From: the human T2T-CHM13v2.0 reference genome, Homo sapiens
Assembly: GCF_009914755.1 (NCBI RefSeq)
Contig: NC_060948.1
Direction: 5' to 3' (one strand)
DNA: 64,000 bases
The position numbers were made by a program, and so were the translations under genes. Shown piece by piece: positions 12,799 through 26,100 of the stretch (its first letter is position 1; each line of letters starts with the position of its first letter). Under the pieces are notes generated by a model that saw only the letters and a program-made list of their open reading frames with translations, was not told the origin of the DNA and did no database searches.

Positions 12799-13667
12799 CA
12801 ATCAAGAATAAATAAAAAAACGCTGAAGAATAAAAAGTAGTGATATTCATTCAATATTCACAAGTATCTCAACAAAGAAAAGCCCAAGACTAAATGGATT
12901 CACTGCTGAATTCTACCAATTATGTAACAAAGAATTAACAGCAATCTTCCTATTTCAAAACACTGAGTAGGAAGGAATTACACTTAACGCATTCTATAAG
13001 ACCAGCTTTATCTGATACCAAAACCAGAAAACACACAACAAAAATCTATATACCATTAACCTTGAAAAATGTATCCCCTGCTCTTGGCTCAGAGGAATTA
13101 ATGTCCTTAAATTGAACATACCGCCCCAAACCAGAAAACACACAACAAAAAAGAAAACTACACACTATTATCCCTGATAAATTGCATCGAATTGCATCCC
13201 ATGCTCACGGATCCAAGGAATTAATGTCAATAAATTGAACATTCTGCTCAAAGCAATCTATAGATTCAATCCAATCCCCACTGAAATATCAATGTCATTT
13301 TTCACAGACATAGATAAAACAATCCTAAAATTCATGTGGAACTAGTAACAAAACTGGCTGAATAGCCAAAGCAATCCACAGCAAAAAGAGACATCATACT
13401 ACCTGACATAAAAATATATTACAGGCTACAATAGCCAAAAGAGCATACTATTGATATAAAAAGACACATAGATCACTGGAAGCAAATTGGATAACCCAAG
13501 AATAAATCCAGATATTTATGGCCAAGTGACTTTTTTTTAAACAAAGATGAAAATACATTTGAAAAAGGACACTATCTTTAGTAAACAGTGGTGGGAGAAA
13601 TTGTAGGTCCAAATGCAATAGAATGAAACTCGATCCCTTTACTTAATGAATTAAAAAAATCACTTCC

Positions 13668-14008
<341 letters not shown>

Positions 14009-14520
14009 AGGTAAAATAACCTCCAGATGGATCAGACTTAAAGACCTAAAAGTATACTACTACTAGAAGAAACACAGGGAAAACACTACAGAACACTGAC
14101 CTAGGCTAAGATTTTATGGCTAAGAGCTCAAAAGCACAGCCAACAAAAACAAAAATAAACAAATGGTACTATATTAAACTAAAAAGCTTCTGCACAGCTA
14201 AGGAAACAATCACTGGAGTGAACAGACAACCCACAGAAGGGGAAAAAATATTTGCAAACCATTCGTCTGACAAGAGACAAATAATATCCAGAAAATACAA
14301 GCTCATACAACTCATTTATAAAAACAATCCCATTAGAAGGTAGGCAAATTACATGAATGGATAATTCTCAAAGACATACAGACTGCCAAAAGGCATTTAA
14401 AACTGCTCAACATGTCTAAGCATGAGGATATTCAAATCAAAACCATAATGAGATTAAAAAAAAATCACAAAAATTAAATAATGTCATTTGGAGAAAATGA
14501 ATGGAAGTGGAGTTCATTAG

Positions 14521-14812
14521 TTTACTTTTTTCGAGACAGAATCTTGCCCTGTCTCCCAGGCTAGCGGCAGTGGCACAATCAAGGATCACTGCATCCTTGA
14601 CCTTCCAGGCTCAAGAGATCCTTCAACTTCCGCCTCCCGGGTAGGTGGCAATACAGACACACGCCATTACACCCAGCTAATTTGTGTATTTTTTGCAGAG
14701 GTGGAATTTCACCAGGTTACCCAGGATGATCTCAAATTCCTGGGCTCAAGTAATCCACCTGTCTTGGCTCCCAAACTGCTGGGATTACAGGTATGAGCCA
14801 CTGAGCCTGGCC
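14521..14812 (-). mobile_element. Alu (AluJ-like)
   Basis: Antisense Alu ending ggattacaggtatgagccactgagcctggcc. Confidence 0.85.
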
Positions 14813-15259
14813 CAAGTATATTATGTTAAGTGAAACAACCTAACTGTGGAAAGGTAAACATTGCGTGCTCTCATTCATATGTGGGGGCTAAAAAAAAGAT
14901 TTTGTAAAGGTAGAGAGTAGAATGATAGTTACCAGAGGCTGAGAAGGATAGATGGCTGGGAGGGAGCTGATAAAGACAAGTAGGTTAATGGGTACAAACA
15001 TACAGTTAGATAAAATGTATTATGTTTTATCATTCAACAGCAGTATAGATGAATGACTGTAGTTAATAACAATGTATATTTCAAGGGAGAAATAGAAAAG
15101 GACTTGAATTTTCCCCAACTCATAGATAAGGTAAGTCCTGAAAGTAATGGACACTCAAAATATTCCGATTTAATAATTACACATTCTATATATGTAACAA
15201 CATATCACATGTACCCCCATATATATGGGAAATATTATCAACTTAAAAAATAAAATAAT

Positions 15260-15920
15260 CTGTAGGTATAAGATCTGTAAAGGATCTGCATACTGATCAT
15301 TATAAAAGCTAATGAAAAAAACCAACAAGGACTTAAATAGAGAGAAACACCATATGGACTGGGATACTCAACATATTAAAGATGCCAATTTTCTTAATTT
15401 TATTAACCTGTTACTTACATTGCAAGCATATTTATGTAGATATGTATTCTAGATATTAGAACACTGTTGTTTATATAGTTAGCACAACATATCAAAATCA
15501 TAATAAGGTTTTCTGTAGCCCTAGACAAGCTTATTCTAAAATTTATATAGAAAGGCAAAGACTCTACAATAGGTAAAACAATATTTAAAAAGAATAAAGA
15601 ATTGCTTTGTCCAATATTAAGACCTATTATATAACCACAGTAATGAAGATAGTGAAGCACTGGCACAAAGATGAACAGATATAAAAATGAAACAGTCTAG
15701 AAAACACAAAAATCAACCAACACAAATTCACTCTACTGATACCTTTGAGTTAGAAACAAATGGTCCTGGAGCTTAGACACAAAATGTAAAAACAAAACAA
15801 TATTGCTGTATGCCTTACGATTTATAGAAAAAATTAACTCAAAATGGATTATGAATATAAACGTAAAATCTAAAAAATTAATCCACAGGGAAATATCTTT
15901 GAGTTCTAGGTATAAGTACC
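15260..15920 (+). mobile_element. Old L1M ORF2 3' fragment
   Basis: agacaagcttattctaaaatttatatagaaaggcaaag and aaaattaactcaaaatggattatg are L1M ORF2-like. Confidence 0.6.
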
Positions 15921-16640
15921 TTATTTCACTGAAGCTGCTCAGGTTAACATCACAGCAACCTTGCACTAACCCGAAGAGATCTCTTTTTCTATCTTTTCAG
16001 AATAATATAGACATGGTTTTCAAAATATTTACTCTTCCTGATCTTTTAGCTCGTTTTCCCTCCCCTTTATGTGATGCCACAAGGTGGACTTGTACTCTCC
16101 TCACTTGTAGATTCACTAACTTGCATTTCTAAATTTGAGATTCACATATCCATCTGTTCCTTTCTAAATCAATTAACATCACTTAGATGTCACTATAATC
16201 TTCTGCTCTGTCCTTTCTGGATTGTGTCTTGTTAGAAGGACACTTCTCCACCAGGAAGATAATGGGATCTGTGAACTTTATTCCTTAAAATGTTTCCAAA
16301 ATTTGTGCCTTTACTTCCATTCCACAAAATGAAAATTCCAAGTACTAAGCATTTCTTCCCTGGACTTTTAGTCTTAGATATATTCCCCTGGGATATGTGT
16401 AAAGAACAAATGCAGCATTGAAACAAATGGGAGTGTGACAGAAGAAAGATTTTGCAAACTTATTGATTCTTTTATATAAAACCAGTCAATAGCTCTGTTA
16501 CTAACTACAAGAACAGTCAGAAAGTCTTAACATGACTGAGGAGTTTTGCACCATCAGATCCCTTCTCCAGTTACCTGTTTACGCAGCTAATGTCTTAGTT
16601 ATGACAAAGAACGTGAGGTCCCCAAACATTCATGTTATGA

Positions 16641-16960
<320 letters not shown>

Positions 16961-17306
16961 AACTCTTGAACACAAACTGTAATAGTACTCTTTTTGTTAT
17001 TTATTTCCATGTATGTCCCATATTAGATGGTAAAAGCCTTGTGCATATGGAGTGTAGAGGACAAGTTCACATCTTTTCCATATTTGTCTATTAGGAGAAG
17101 CTAATTAGAACATGTCTTAAATAAAAATATGTCATAGTAACTTAATGGCTAACAAAAAGGCTCAAATATTTAGGAGGAATAGACTCTTTACACTAAAATT
17201 ATGTAATCACAATCTTAAGTTGATATATACTAGTATCTTGAACATCCTAGTTTGCAATTTATTACTTTGGAAAAGCAGCCAAGGTTTATATTAAAATACA
17301 GAAGCA

Positions 17307-17612
<306 letters not shown>

Positions 17613-18112
17613 GCAGAAGCCGAGATTTCTGGTAACAACCAGATTAAGCAAGCCACATTATATATACATGGCAGAAATGCAAATCAATCTAAGAAAACTT
17701 CATGTTTAATTGCTGAGAAAAAGGATATGGCTGTTTTCCACATAGTTCTTGTTTTCTTTTGGGAAAAGTATCTGTTTTATGCAACTACTGGATTATTTTC
17801 TGAACAATGTGTGTGCTATAAATTTCTTTTATTGAAAGGCATGTAGGTAGGGTCAGCTTGAGCAACTTCACACCTCCAGCAGTAAAAAGGACAACAAAAA
17901 GAATCTTTTTTTTTTAAATCTCCAAAATGCAACTTACAAAGGTGATAAATTGATTACAGTAGATAACAGAACTTCATTTATCTAGATTAATTCCAAACTA
18001 GTGATATATTTGATTTTCAGTTTTGGTTTTCTGCCTATTTAAAGAGTGTAAGCTTCTGAAAAGTATTACTCTCAATGGATAATCCAAATATGCATTAGAA
18101 AACATGTAAAAG

Positions 18113-18442
18113 GGCTAGGTGCAGTGGCTCATGCCTGTAATCTCAGCATTTGGGGAGACTGAGGAAGGTGGATCATGAGGACAGGAGTTCGAGACCAGCC
18201 TGGCTAATATGGTGAAACCTTGTTTCTACTAAAAATACAAAAAAAATTAGCTGGGTGTGGTGATGCACACCTGTAGTCCCAGCTACTCGGGAGGCTGTGA
18301 CAGAAGAGCTTGAACCCAGGAGCTTGAACCCAGGAGGCAGAGGTTGCAGTGAGCCAAGATCACTCCACTGCACTCCAGCCTGGGTGACAGACTGAGATTC
18401 CATCTCAAAAAACAAAAACAAAAACAAACAACAATAACAAAA
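18113..18442 (+). mobile_element. Alu (AluS-like) with internal duplication
   Basis: Dimeric Alu; gagcttgaacccagga is tandemly repeated at about 18306-18335. Confidence 0.92.
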
Positions 18443-19084
18443 GAAGTGTAAAAGATAAACAGGTAAAGTCATTTTCATGACTAGGTCAATTCTGTAAATT
18501 CAACATATAGTAATCCTAGCCATAAATCATCTTAAAGAGTTAAGACATAAGATGTTACGTTAGTAATACAAAACAACCGGTTAAGAAAAGTTCAGGTATA
18601 GCTCTGGTATTCTAGATGTTTCCTGATGGTTGATCTGTAGTTTTTGTTTGAGAGGGGTAAAAAAAAGTCCTGAATTTTAATCTCAATGATTTCTGAACAA
18701 GAAAATTTACAAGAAAATTACAAAAATATCAGCATTTAAAATATCTAGAAGTACTTATGATTTTTCTTCCTTAATTACAAATTGCATTTTTTTTTCTGAA
18801 ATTAGGTATGTGATGATTACTGCTAACAGATTTCAACTACCTAACTTAATAAAATATCTTCATGAGTTTTCTAACAACTATTTCTAGGAAGCCAAAATAT
18901 TCCAAACTTGTCTGAAGAAAGTACTGCAATAATGCAATGATCAAGACATTTCACCTGATAAGACTATAACTTCCCTTTTGATATTTAAATAGCTTCTATT
19001 AAAGCATTCTATGATTCTTCACTAAAGTTCTCTGGAAAGCTGTTACAAAGAAGAATGTGATTAAATAAAAATGCTTCAGAAAGG

Positions 19085-20560
19085 AGAGGTAGAAAAGACA
19101 AGTATTATTATCAAATGAGTTAATATTAAATTAGCAAATTTTTCATATGAAATACAAGTTTTAATAGAACTTATTACAATTTACTAGCGATATAGATTTT
19201 TTAATACTTTCCTCCCCTTCACCCCAAACCATGTTGTACAAGCAGGACAGTATAGCATTTCAAAGTCATCTAGCTTTAAAAAAATAAGTCACTTATTTGT
19301 TCTCTAAAAGAGGTTATCATTCTGAATCTCTTTTCCATAAGAAACTCTTAATTATAAACAACATTTATCAAATCTATATAATGTTTCCTTTAAAATATTT
19401 ACTTCACTGACTATATGTTTTCTACTGTTATAAAATACAATTTTCCAGCAATTATTTATGGGCTATCACTATGGTGACTACAACTTAATAAATCACACTA
19501 AAAGACATTTACTTTAAAAACAGCAAACTTCCGTAATACTTTATAATAGGCACCTCAAAAACTACCATAGATGTAAAAAATAAAACTTTTAAAATCTATA
19601 CAATTATATATCGAGGTTTCTGTATATATTATACATGTGTGTACACATACACACACATATAAAATACATATAATCATTAGGTTTGAAAATGAACAAAAAG
19701 TGGATTTTTTCAGAAAGTCTTTTTTAAACTCAAACATTGGGAAACCCTTTAAACATTTAACAATTTTAATAAAAATTTCTGTATAATACTAAGCAGTTTT
19801 ATCTACACATATAAAATGTAATAGGAGTAGTGTTTAAAACTACAGAACTCCTTAGTATTTAATGGCAGTTACGTCTGGAAAAAAACAACATTCCATTCAC
19901 AAATATTTTCAGGCAATAAATACGTATTTATAAATAGTGTAAATCTGTATCAAGTTTAGAAACAAAAATCACAAATCTGAAGTTTATTTCTTTGTCTATG
20001 TGCAATCCATTATCTTTGTATATGGGCTATTAATATTTAAAAAAATTATTTTGGAACCACAAATGTAATCATCATGGCCTCAAAACACACAAAAACATAA
20101 AGCAGTAAAAAACTTCCTCAGATAATAGTACACATTTTTTAAAAGCTGATCGAGGAGAGATTTAAATTTGCTATCTTATGAAGAAATGACCAGCTAGGAA
20201 AGTGTTTTTAACTAAGGAAAATTCTGCAGGGTTAAAATACAAATGAATATTAATTCATCAGCCCAGAAATAGAGAAACATAAAAAAGGCTATCTTCAAAT
20301 CAGTATTCTGTGTCACTTTGACAGTTTGTCATACGTACACAAAACATATGATTAATATTATTTTTCTGAAGTACAGCTGGATCAGCATGTTAAGTCCTGA
20401 AGCAGAGGCAGCACTGTGTCCAGTTGCTTGACATACTATTCTTGGAAGGTTGCATAGACATAGCTTTTAGTCAACAGTTTTATGAAACAGCTACAAAACC
20501 AGTGGTGCAGAAATTTCCTGAAGAGCAGAAATAATCTCATTTAATATTCATGGAACTATA
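19085..20560 (-). other. UTY: UTY 3' UTR (distal end uncertain)
   Basis: Repeat-free AT-rich sequence following the TGA at 20563-20561; minus-strand AATAAA at 19988-19983, with more distal candidates at 17833-17828 and 17263-17258. Confidence 0.6.
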
Positions 20561-20587
20561 TCAAGATGAGGATGATAATGAAAGAGC
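20561..20587 (-). CDS. UTY: UTY (KDM6C) last coding exon, ALSLSSSS*
   Basis: Acceptor ttttatttctag|GCT CTT TCA TTA TCA TCC TCA TCT TGA; matches the recalled UTY C-terminus (KDM6A ends APPLPSASS). Confidence 0.93.
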   Translation of the reverse strand, partial: ALSLSSSS

Positions 20588-20722
20588 CTAGAAATAAAAG
20601 TTAAGATTTTGTTATATAAATCCTTAATAGTGTTTGCTAGCTTATGACTATAAAAGACAGCCTTTTTATGAAGTGAGTTTACAAGATACATGAAATCTCA
20701 ACAGTTTCCTAAGAGAGATGCT

Positions 20723-21022
20723 CTTTTCTTTTTTTTCTTTTTGAGACAGAGTTTTGCTCTTGTTGCCCAGACTGGAGTGCAATGGCGCGATCTCGGCTCA
20801 CCGCAACCCCTGCCTCTTGGATTCAAGCAATTCTCGTGCCTCAGCCTCCGAGTAGCTGGGATTATAAACATCCACCACCTTGCATGGCCAATTTTGTATT
20901 TTTAGTAGAGATGGGGTTTCTCCATGTTGGTTAGGCTGGTCTTGAACTCCTGACCTCAGGTGATCTGCCCGCCTTGGACTCCCAAAGTGCTGGGATTACA
21001 GGCATGAGACACTGTGCTCAGT
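20723..21022 (-). mobile_element. Alu (AluSp/Sq-like) in the last UTY intron
   Basis: Antisense dimeric Alu; gagatgctctt on both flanks (TSD). Confidence 0.93.
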
Positions 21023-21721
21023 TGAGATGCTCTTACTTTCTTCATTAGAATCAGTTAAGAGTGCGGCGCTATTACCTCCATTTTTCATCATTTAGTGAAC
21101 AACGTTTGGAATACTGTTAAAAGTTAACCAATTTTTTAGATTGCTAAAAGAAAAGTTGTGTGGAAAAATAATTTTAAAGTAAATTAAAATTTCACTAGCA
21201 ATTGGCTTATGAAAATGCCACAGCTAGATGACACTGAACATATTTTTCATGAGGCTTATATATCATATAATCTAGTCAAGCAAGCTCCATCAAGTAGTGC
21301 TATCAGGCAAACTCTTCTGGAATCTTTAAACCACAAAGTACATGAAAAAAACCCACACATTTCTTTCAGATAATTACTACAGAAGAATTAAGTAACCTAC
21401 ATGTACAAAGGTTTTATAAGTTATGTAAGTAACATAAAAACTAAAAAATATTCTAAAAACATACAGACATTTACAAATGTAATTAGTGTAACTATTCTTT
21501 GGGGGCATTCTCACTGAGAAGCAAAAATGGTAATAAACAGTTTCATATAGAAAAACTAACGTGAAATACGAGGATGGCTACTAATATTTTTCCTTACAAA
21601 GTATATACTGCACCAATGGAAAATTTAAGTTTCTTCTTAACACATTTTTATCAGTTAGCAAAGTCAAAGACCATTGCTTTAAACCCACCTAATTAAGTGT
21701 ACTCACGTGTTAATGACTTAC

Positions 21722-21892
21722 TAGTGTAAATTGATCATAAACTTGGATTAGGTCCTCCATTTTGTACTGTTCGAGCACCACAAAATTTTCCAAACTTTTG
21801 CTTGTTTTTCGTGCACAATCATGGCAATGTACTATGTAGGTTTTTTGAGTATTGCTTTCATTAGTGACAAAAAGCAGATTAAAAACCTCCAC
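21722..21892 (-). CDS. UTY: UTY (KDM6C) penultimate exon, 171 nt, second Cys pair of the zinc-binding domain
   Basis: taatatag|GTG GAG...TTT ACA CTA|gtaagt; [57 protein letters not shown]. Confidence 0.96.
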
Positions 21893-22578
21893 CTATATTA
21901 AATAAATAAATAAACAAAAAGTATTGGACAGTGATATCTGAATTTATTTCAGCACTTTAACCATGGGGATTCTACTTCACATGGAACTGGACAATGATTT
22001 TTGGTTAAATCCAAGTACTTAAAAAAACAAAACAAGACTATGGTTGTGAGTTTGAGACACTAGGTTTTGTTTTGTAGCACACCCAGAGAAAAGGATAATG
22101 TTAGATATTTAGAGATTGTCTTTAAAGAAATTAAATAGTCATTATGACCATTCACTAAAGTGTAATTCAAGGTTTGATAAAGGTCAGTGTATTTTTATTT
22201 TACCAAAATACCAGTGCACCATCAGATAAAAGTGACCATTATTTGCTTTTCACTTTTCTGTGAGAGTACTCATAGTTGTTCTGTGTCTGAAGGACTGCGT
22301 TCCCCAAATGACTGAGTCCACAGTCATTCATTTTTGATGTCTAGGGCACATTATTGTGGTTAATTTTCACTGAAGCTAAAACTACAATTAAAAAAACTTG
22401 GAATATGCATGTAATGTGATATTTTTCAAGATAATGAAACTGATAGGTGAATAACAAAAAGTGTTTTAAGCCTCATATTAAAAAAAGTACAAACAAAAGT
22501 GTATTCATGAACATTAATCTAACAAGAGAAAACATGTCTTTCAATTTCTTAGTCAAGCATCTTCAGACTTCTGCTTGA

Positions 22579-22922
<344 letters not shown>

Positions 22923-23231
22923 TTAAGTCACTTTAAACAGCTGTTAAAATTCCTGAGTTCATGAAGCTCTCTATTACTATCAACAGGAGTAACAGTGCTC
23001 TAGCAAGCTAGGCAGCAAATTTAGGATTCTTCTACTTGTCATAATTCCCAGATTGGATCAACTGTGCTGGTAATTTTACAACTTAATAAACACTTTTGAA
23101 CATCTCCCTTTTTTTTACATTCTTAAGGTTATGTTCTAGTCTAGGACTTTCATTAATACCTCCTAAGACCATTCTAATAGCGTCCACACTGACTTGTTTG
23201 CTTTCTATCTCCACTCTATCCAATTATCAGC

Positions 23232-23741
23232 TGTTGGGAGCAGGATCCCCAAAATCTGGCCATAAACTGGCCCCAAAACTGGCCATAAACAGAATCTCTG
23301 CAGCACTGTGACATGTTCATGATGGCCATTACGCCCATGCTGGACGACTGTGGGTTTACAGGAATGAGGGCAAGGAACACCTGGCCGGCCCAGGGTGGAA
23401 AACCACTTAAAGCCATTCTTAAGTCACAAACAATAGCATTAGCGATCTGTGCCTTAAGAACATGCTCCTGCTGCAGTTAACTAGCCCAACCTATTCCTTT
23501 AATTCAGCCCATCCCTTGATTTCCCATAAGGGATACTTTTAGTTAATTTTATATCTATACAAACAATGCTAATGACTGGCTTGCTGTTAATAAATATGTG
23601 GGTAAATCTCTGTTCGGGCTCTCAGCTGTGGAGGCTGTGAGACCCCTGATTTCCCACTTCACACCTCTATATTTCTGTGTGTGTCTTTAATCCCTCTATA
23701 TAAGCTGGGTTAGGGCCTCCCCAACCAAGCTGGTCTCGGCA
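23232..23741 (+). repeat. 5' LTR (MER9)
   Basis: tgttgggagcagg...ctggtctcggca; direct repeat of 29559-30070; AATAAA near 23589. Confidence 0.93.
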
Positions 23742-23743
23742 AG

Positions 23744-23762
23744 TGGTGCCCATTCGTGGGGG
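23744..23762 (+). promoter_or_regulatory. Primer binding site, tRNA-Lys-like (degenerate)
   Basis: tggtgcccattcgtggggg two bases after the LTR, compared with TGGCGCCCAACGTGGGGC. Confidence 0.75.
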
Positions 23763-23890
23763 CTCGAATCCAGGTTGAAGGGACGATGGAGTGATGGTCG
23801 CAATGGAAAACTAGCTGGAGGACACCCGAGTACTCTTAAAGCAATCCCCGTGGTGAGTATGAAGGGGAGCTTGGAAGTATCAGGGTAACA

Positions 23891-25220
23891 ACGAGACAAG
23901 TGTGGGGTGTGGTTCATTCCACCTTGGAACTTTTTCACACTGATCATGAGGAGGGAGAGTATAGTGAAATAACAGAAGAGGTTACAGAGCATGTTTATGT
24001 ACCAGCTAAAGCTAAAGCGGCCAAGGAAGGTGAGGTTCATCCCTACCCTTCTGCACCCCCTATTATCTTGAAGAAAAAGACCCTCCAGATCTTTCTTTTC
24101 CAGAGGACACTGGGTGAAAAGTAGTTGCCCCAGTGACTGTTTGGGCAGCGCCTTGAGCAACCGCTCTTAGTTCTATTCAGGCGGGAATTCAGCAAGCTAG
24201 ATGAGAGGGTGATATAGAGGCTTGGCAGTTCCCTGTTAGAATGCACCCCCTAGATCAACAGGGAAATATTATAGCTACATTTGAGCCTTTTCCTTTTAAA
24301 TTACTCAAAGAATTTAAACAAGCTATAAATCAGTATGGACCAGGTTCTCCTTTTGTAATGGGACTACTGAAGAATGTTGCTGTTTTTAAAGAATGTTGCT
24401 GTTTTCAGTAGGATGAAAACTACTTACTTGTCTAACTCCTTACTCGAGCTTGTCTTACTCCTGCTTAGTTCTTACAATTTAAAACTTGGTGGGCAGATGA
24501 AGCTTCCATTCAGGCTGCTCACAATGCCCCGGCCCAACCTCAAATTAATGTAACTGCAGACCAGCTTTTGGGGGTTGGTGGCTGGGCTGGTTTAGATGCA
24601 CAACTGGTCATGCGGGATGATGCCACAGAACAGCTTAGAGGAGTGTGCATTAGAGCTTGGGAAAAAATCACTTCAGGTGGGAAACAATACCCTGCCTTTA
24701 GTGCTATAAAACAGGGACCAAGAGAACCATATGTGGATTTTATAGCTTGGTTACAGGAGTCTCTTAAAAAGATGATTGCAGATTTGGCTGCTCAGTATAT
24801 AGTGTTGCAGTAATCAGCTTTCGACAATGCTAATCCCAACTGCCAGGCTGCTCTGAGACCTATCAGAGGGAAAGCACATTTAGTTGATGATATCAAGGCC
24901 TGTGACAGTATCAGAGGTAATCTGCATAAAGCTACTTTGTTGGCACAGGCAATGGCAGGACTGAGAGTGGATAAAGGAAATACTCCATTTCCTGGAGCTT
25001 GTTTTAACTGTGGGAAGCACGGTCACACTAAAAAACAATGTAGAAAAAAATCAGCGAGTCAGGCTGCCAGACGGGAAAAAAGATAACTGCTGATCCTGAA
25101 ATATGTCCAAAATGTAAAAAAGGAAAACATTGGGCTAATCATTGTCACTCTAAGTTTGATAAAGAAGGGAACCTGATTTCGGGAAACGCCATGAGAGGCC
25201 CATCCCAAGCCCTGTTCTAA
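23891..25220 (+). pseudogene. gag: HML-3 gag remnant
   Basis: Probable start mutated to ACG; MHR IKQGPREPYVDFIAWLQ; zinc knuckles CFNCGKHGHTKKQC (25000) and [14 protein letters not shown] (25104); many stops and frameshifts. Confidence 0.88.
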
Positions 25221-26100
25221 ACTGGGGCATTTCCAGCTCAGGCCATTCCCTTACCCCCATATAACGTCTGTCCCCCGCCACAGCTGGTAGTACTGCAGTA
25301 GATTTATGCTGCACAAAAGCTGTGAGCTTTCTGCCTCGGGAACCCCCTCAAAAGGTCAATAGGAGTCTGTGGACCCTTGCCAGTGGGGATAATAGGATTC
25401 CTTTTAGGAAGGTCTAGTTTAGGTTTAAAAGGGGTACAAATACATTAGTCATTGATTCAGATTACTAAGGGGAAATTCAAATTGTTATACCTACTTCTGT
25501 TCCCTGGAAAGCAGAGCCAGGAGAGCGTATAGCACAGCTCCTGATTGTGCCATATGTGGGAATGGGAAAAAGTGAAATTAAATGAACAGGAGGATTTGGA
25601 AGCACAAATAAACAAGGCAAAGCAGCTTATTTGGTGAATCAAATTACTGATAAACGTCCTACCTGTAAAGTAACTATTCAGGGAAGAGAATTTAAAGGTT
25701 TGGTAGATACAGGAGCGGACATTTCAATCATTTCTATACAGCACTGGCCATCCACGTGCCCAGTTCAAACCGCTCAATTTAACATAGTTGGACTTGGTAA
25801 AGTCCCTGTAGTATATCAAAGTAGTTATATTTTGCATTGTGAAGGGCCCGATGGACAACCTGGGGCTATTCAACCAATTATAACTTCTGTACCTATATAT
25901 TTATAGGGAAGAGATTTATTACAACAATGGGGAGCACAAGTTCTAATTTCAGAACAATTATATAGCCCTCAAAGTCAACATACAATGCATAAAATGGGTT
26001 ATGTCCCTGGTATGGGACTAGAAGAAAATTTGCAAGGTTTGAAAGAACCACTTCAAGTGGAAAGACAAAATTCTTGCCAAAGATTAGGAAATAATTTTTG
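25190..26100 (+). pseudogene. pro: HML-3 dUTPase-protease remnant
   Basis: GRSSLGLKG, PGERIAQLLIVPY, TGGFGST (dUTPase motifs); GLVDTGADISII (aspartic protease). Confidence 0.88.

Noticed and set aside
21710-21892. Stand-alone 60-aa ORF ending FTLVSH*
   Set aside because: It is a spliced UTY exon; VSH* is read-through into the intron past a canonical gtaagt donor
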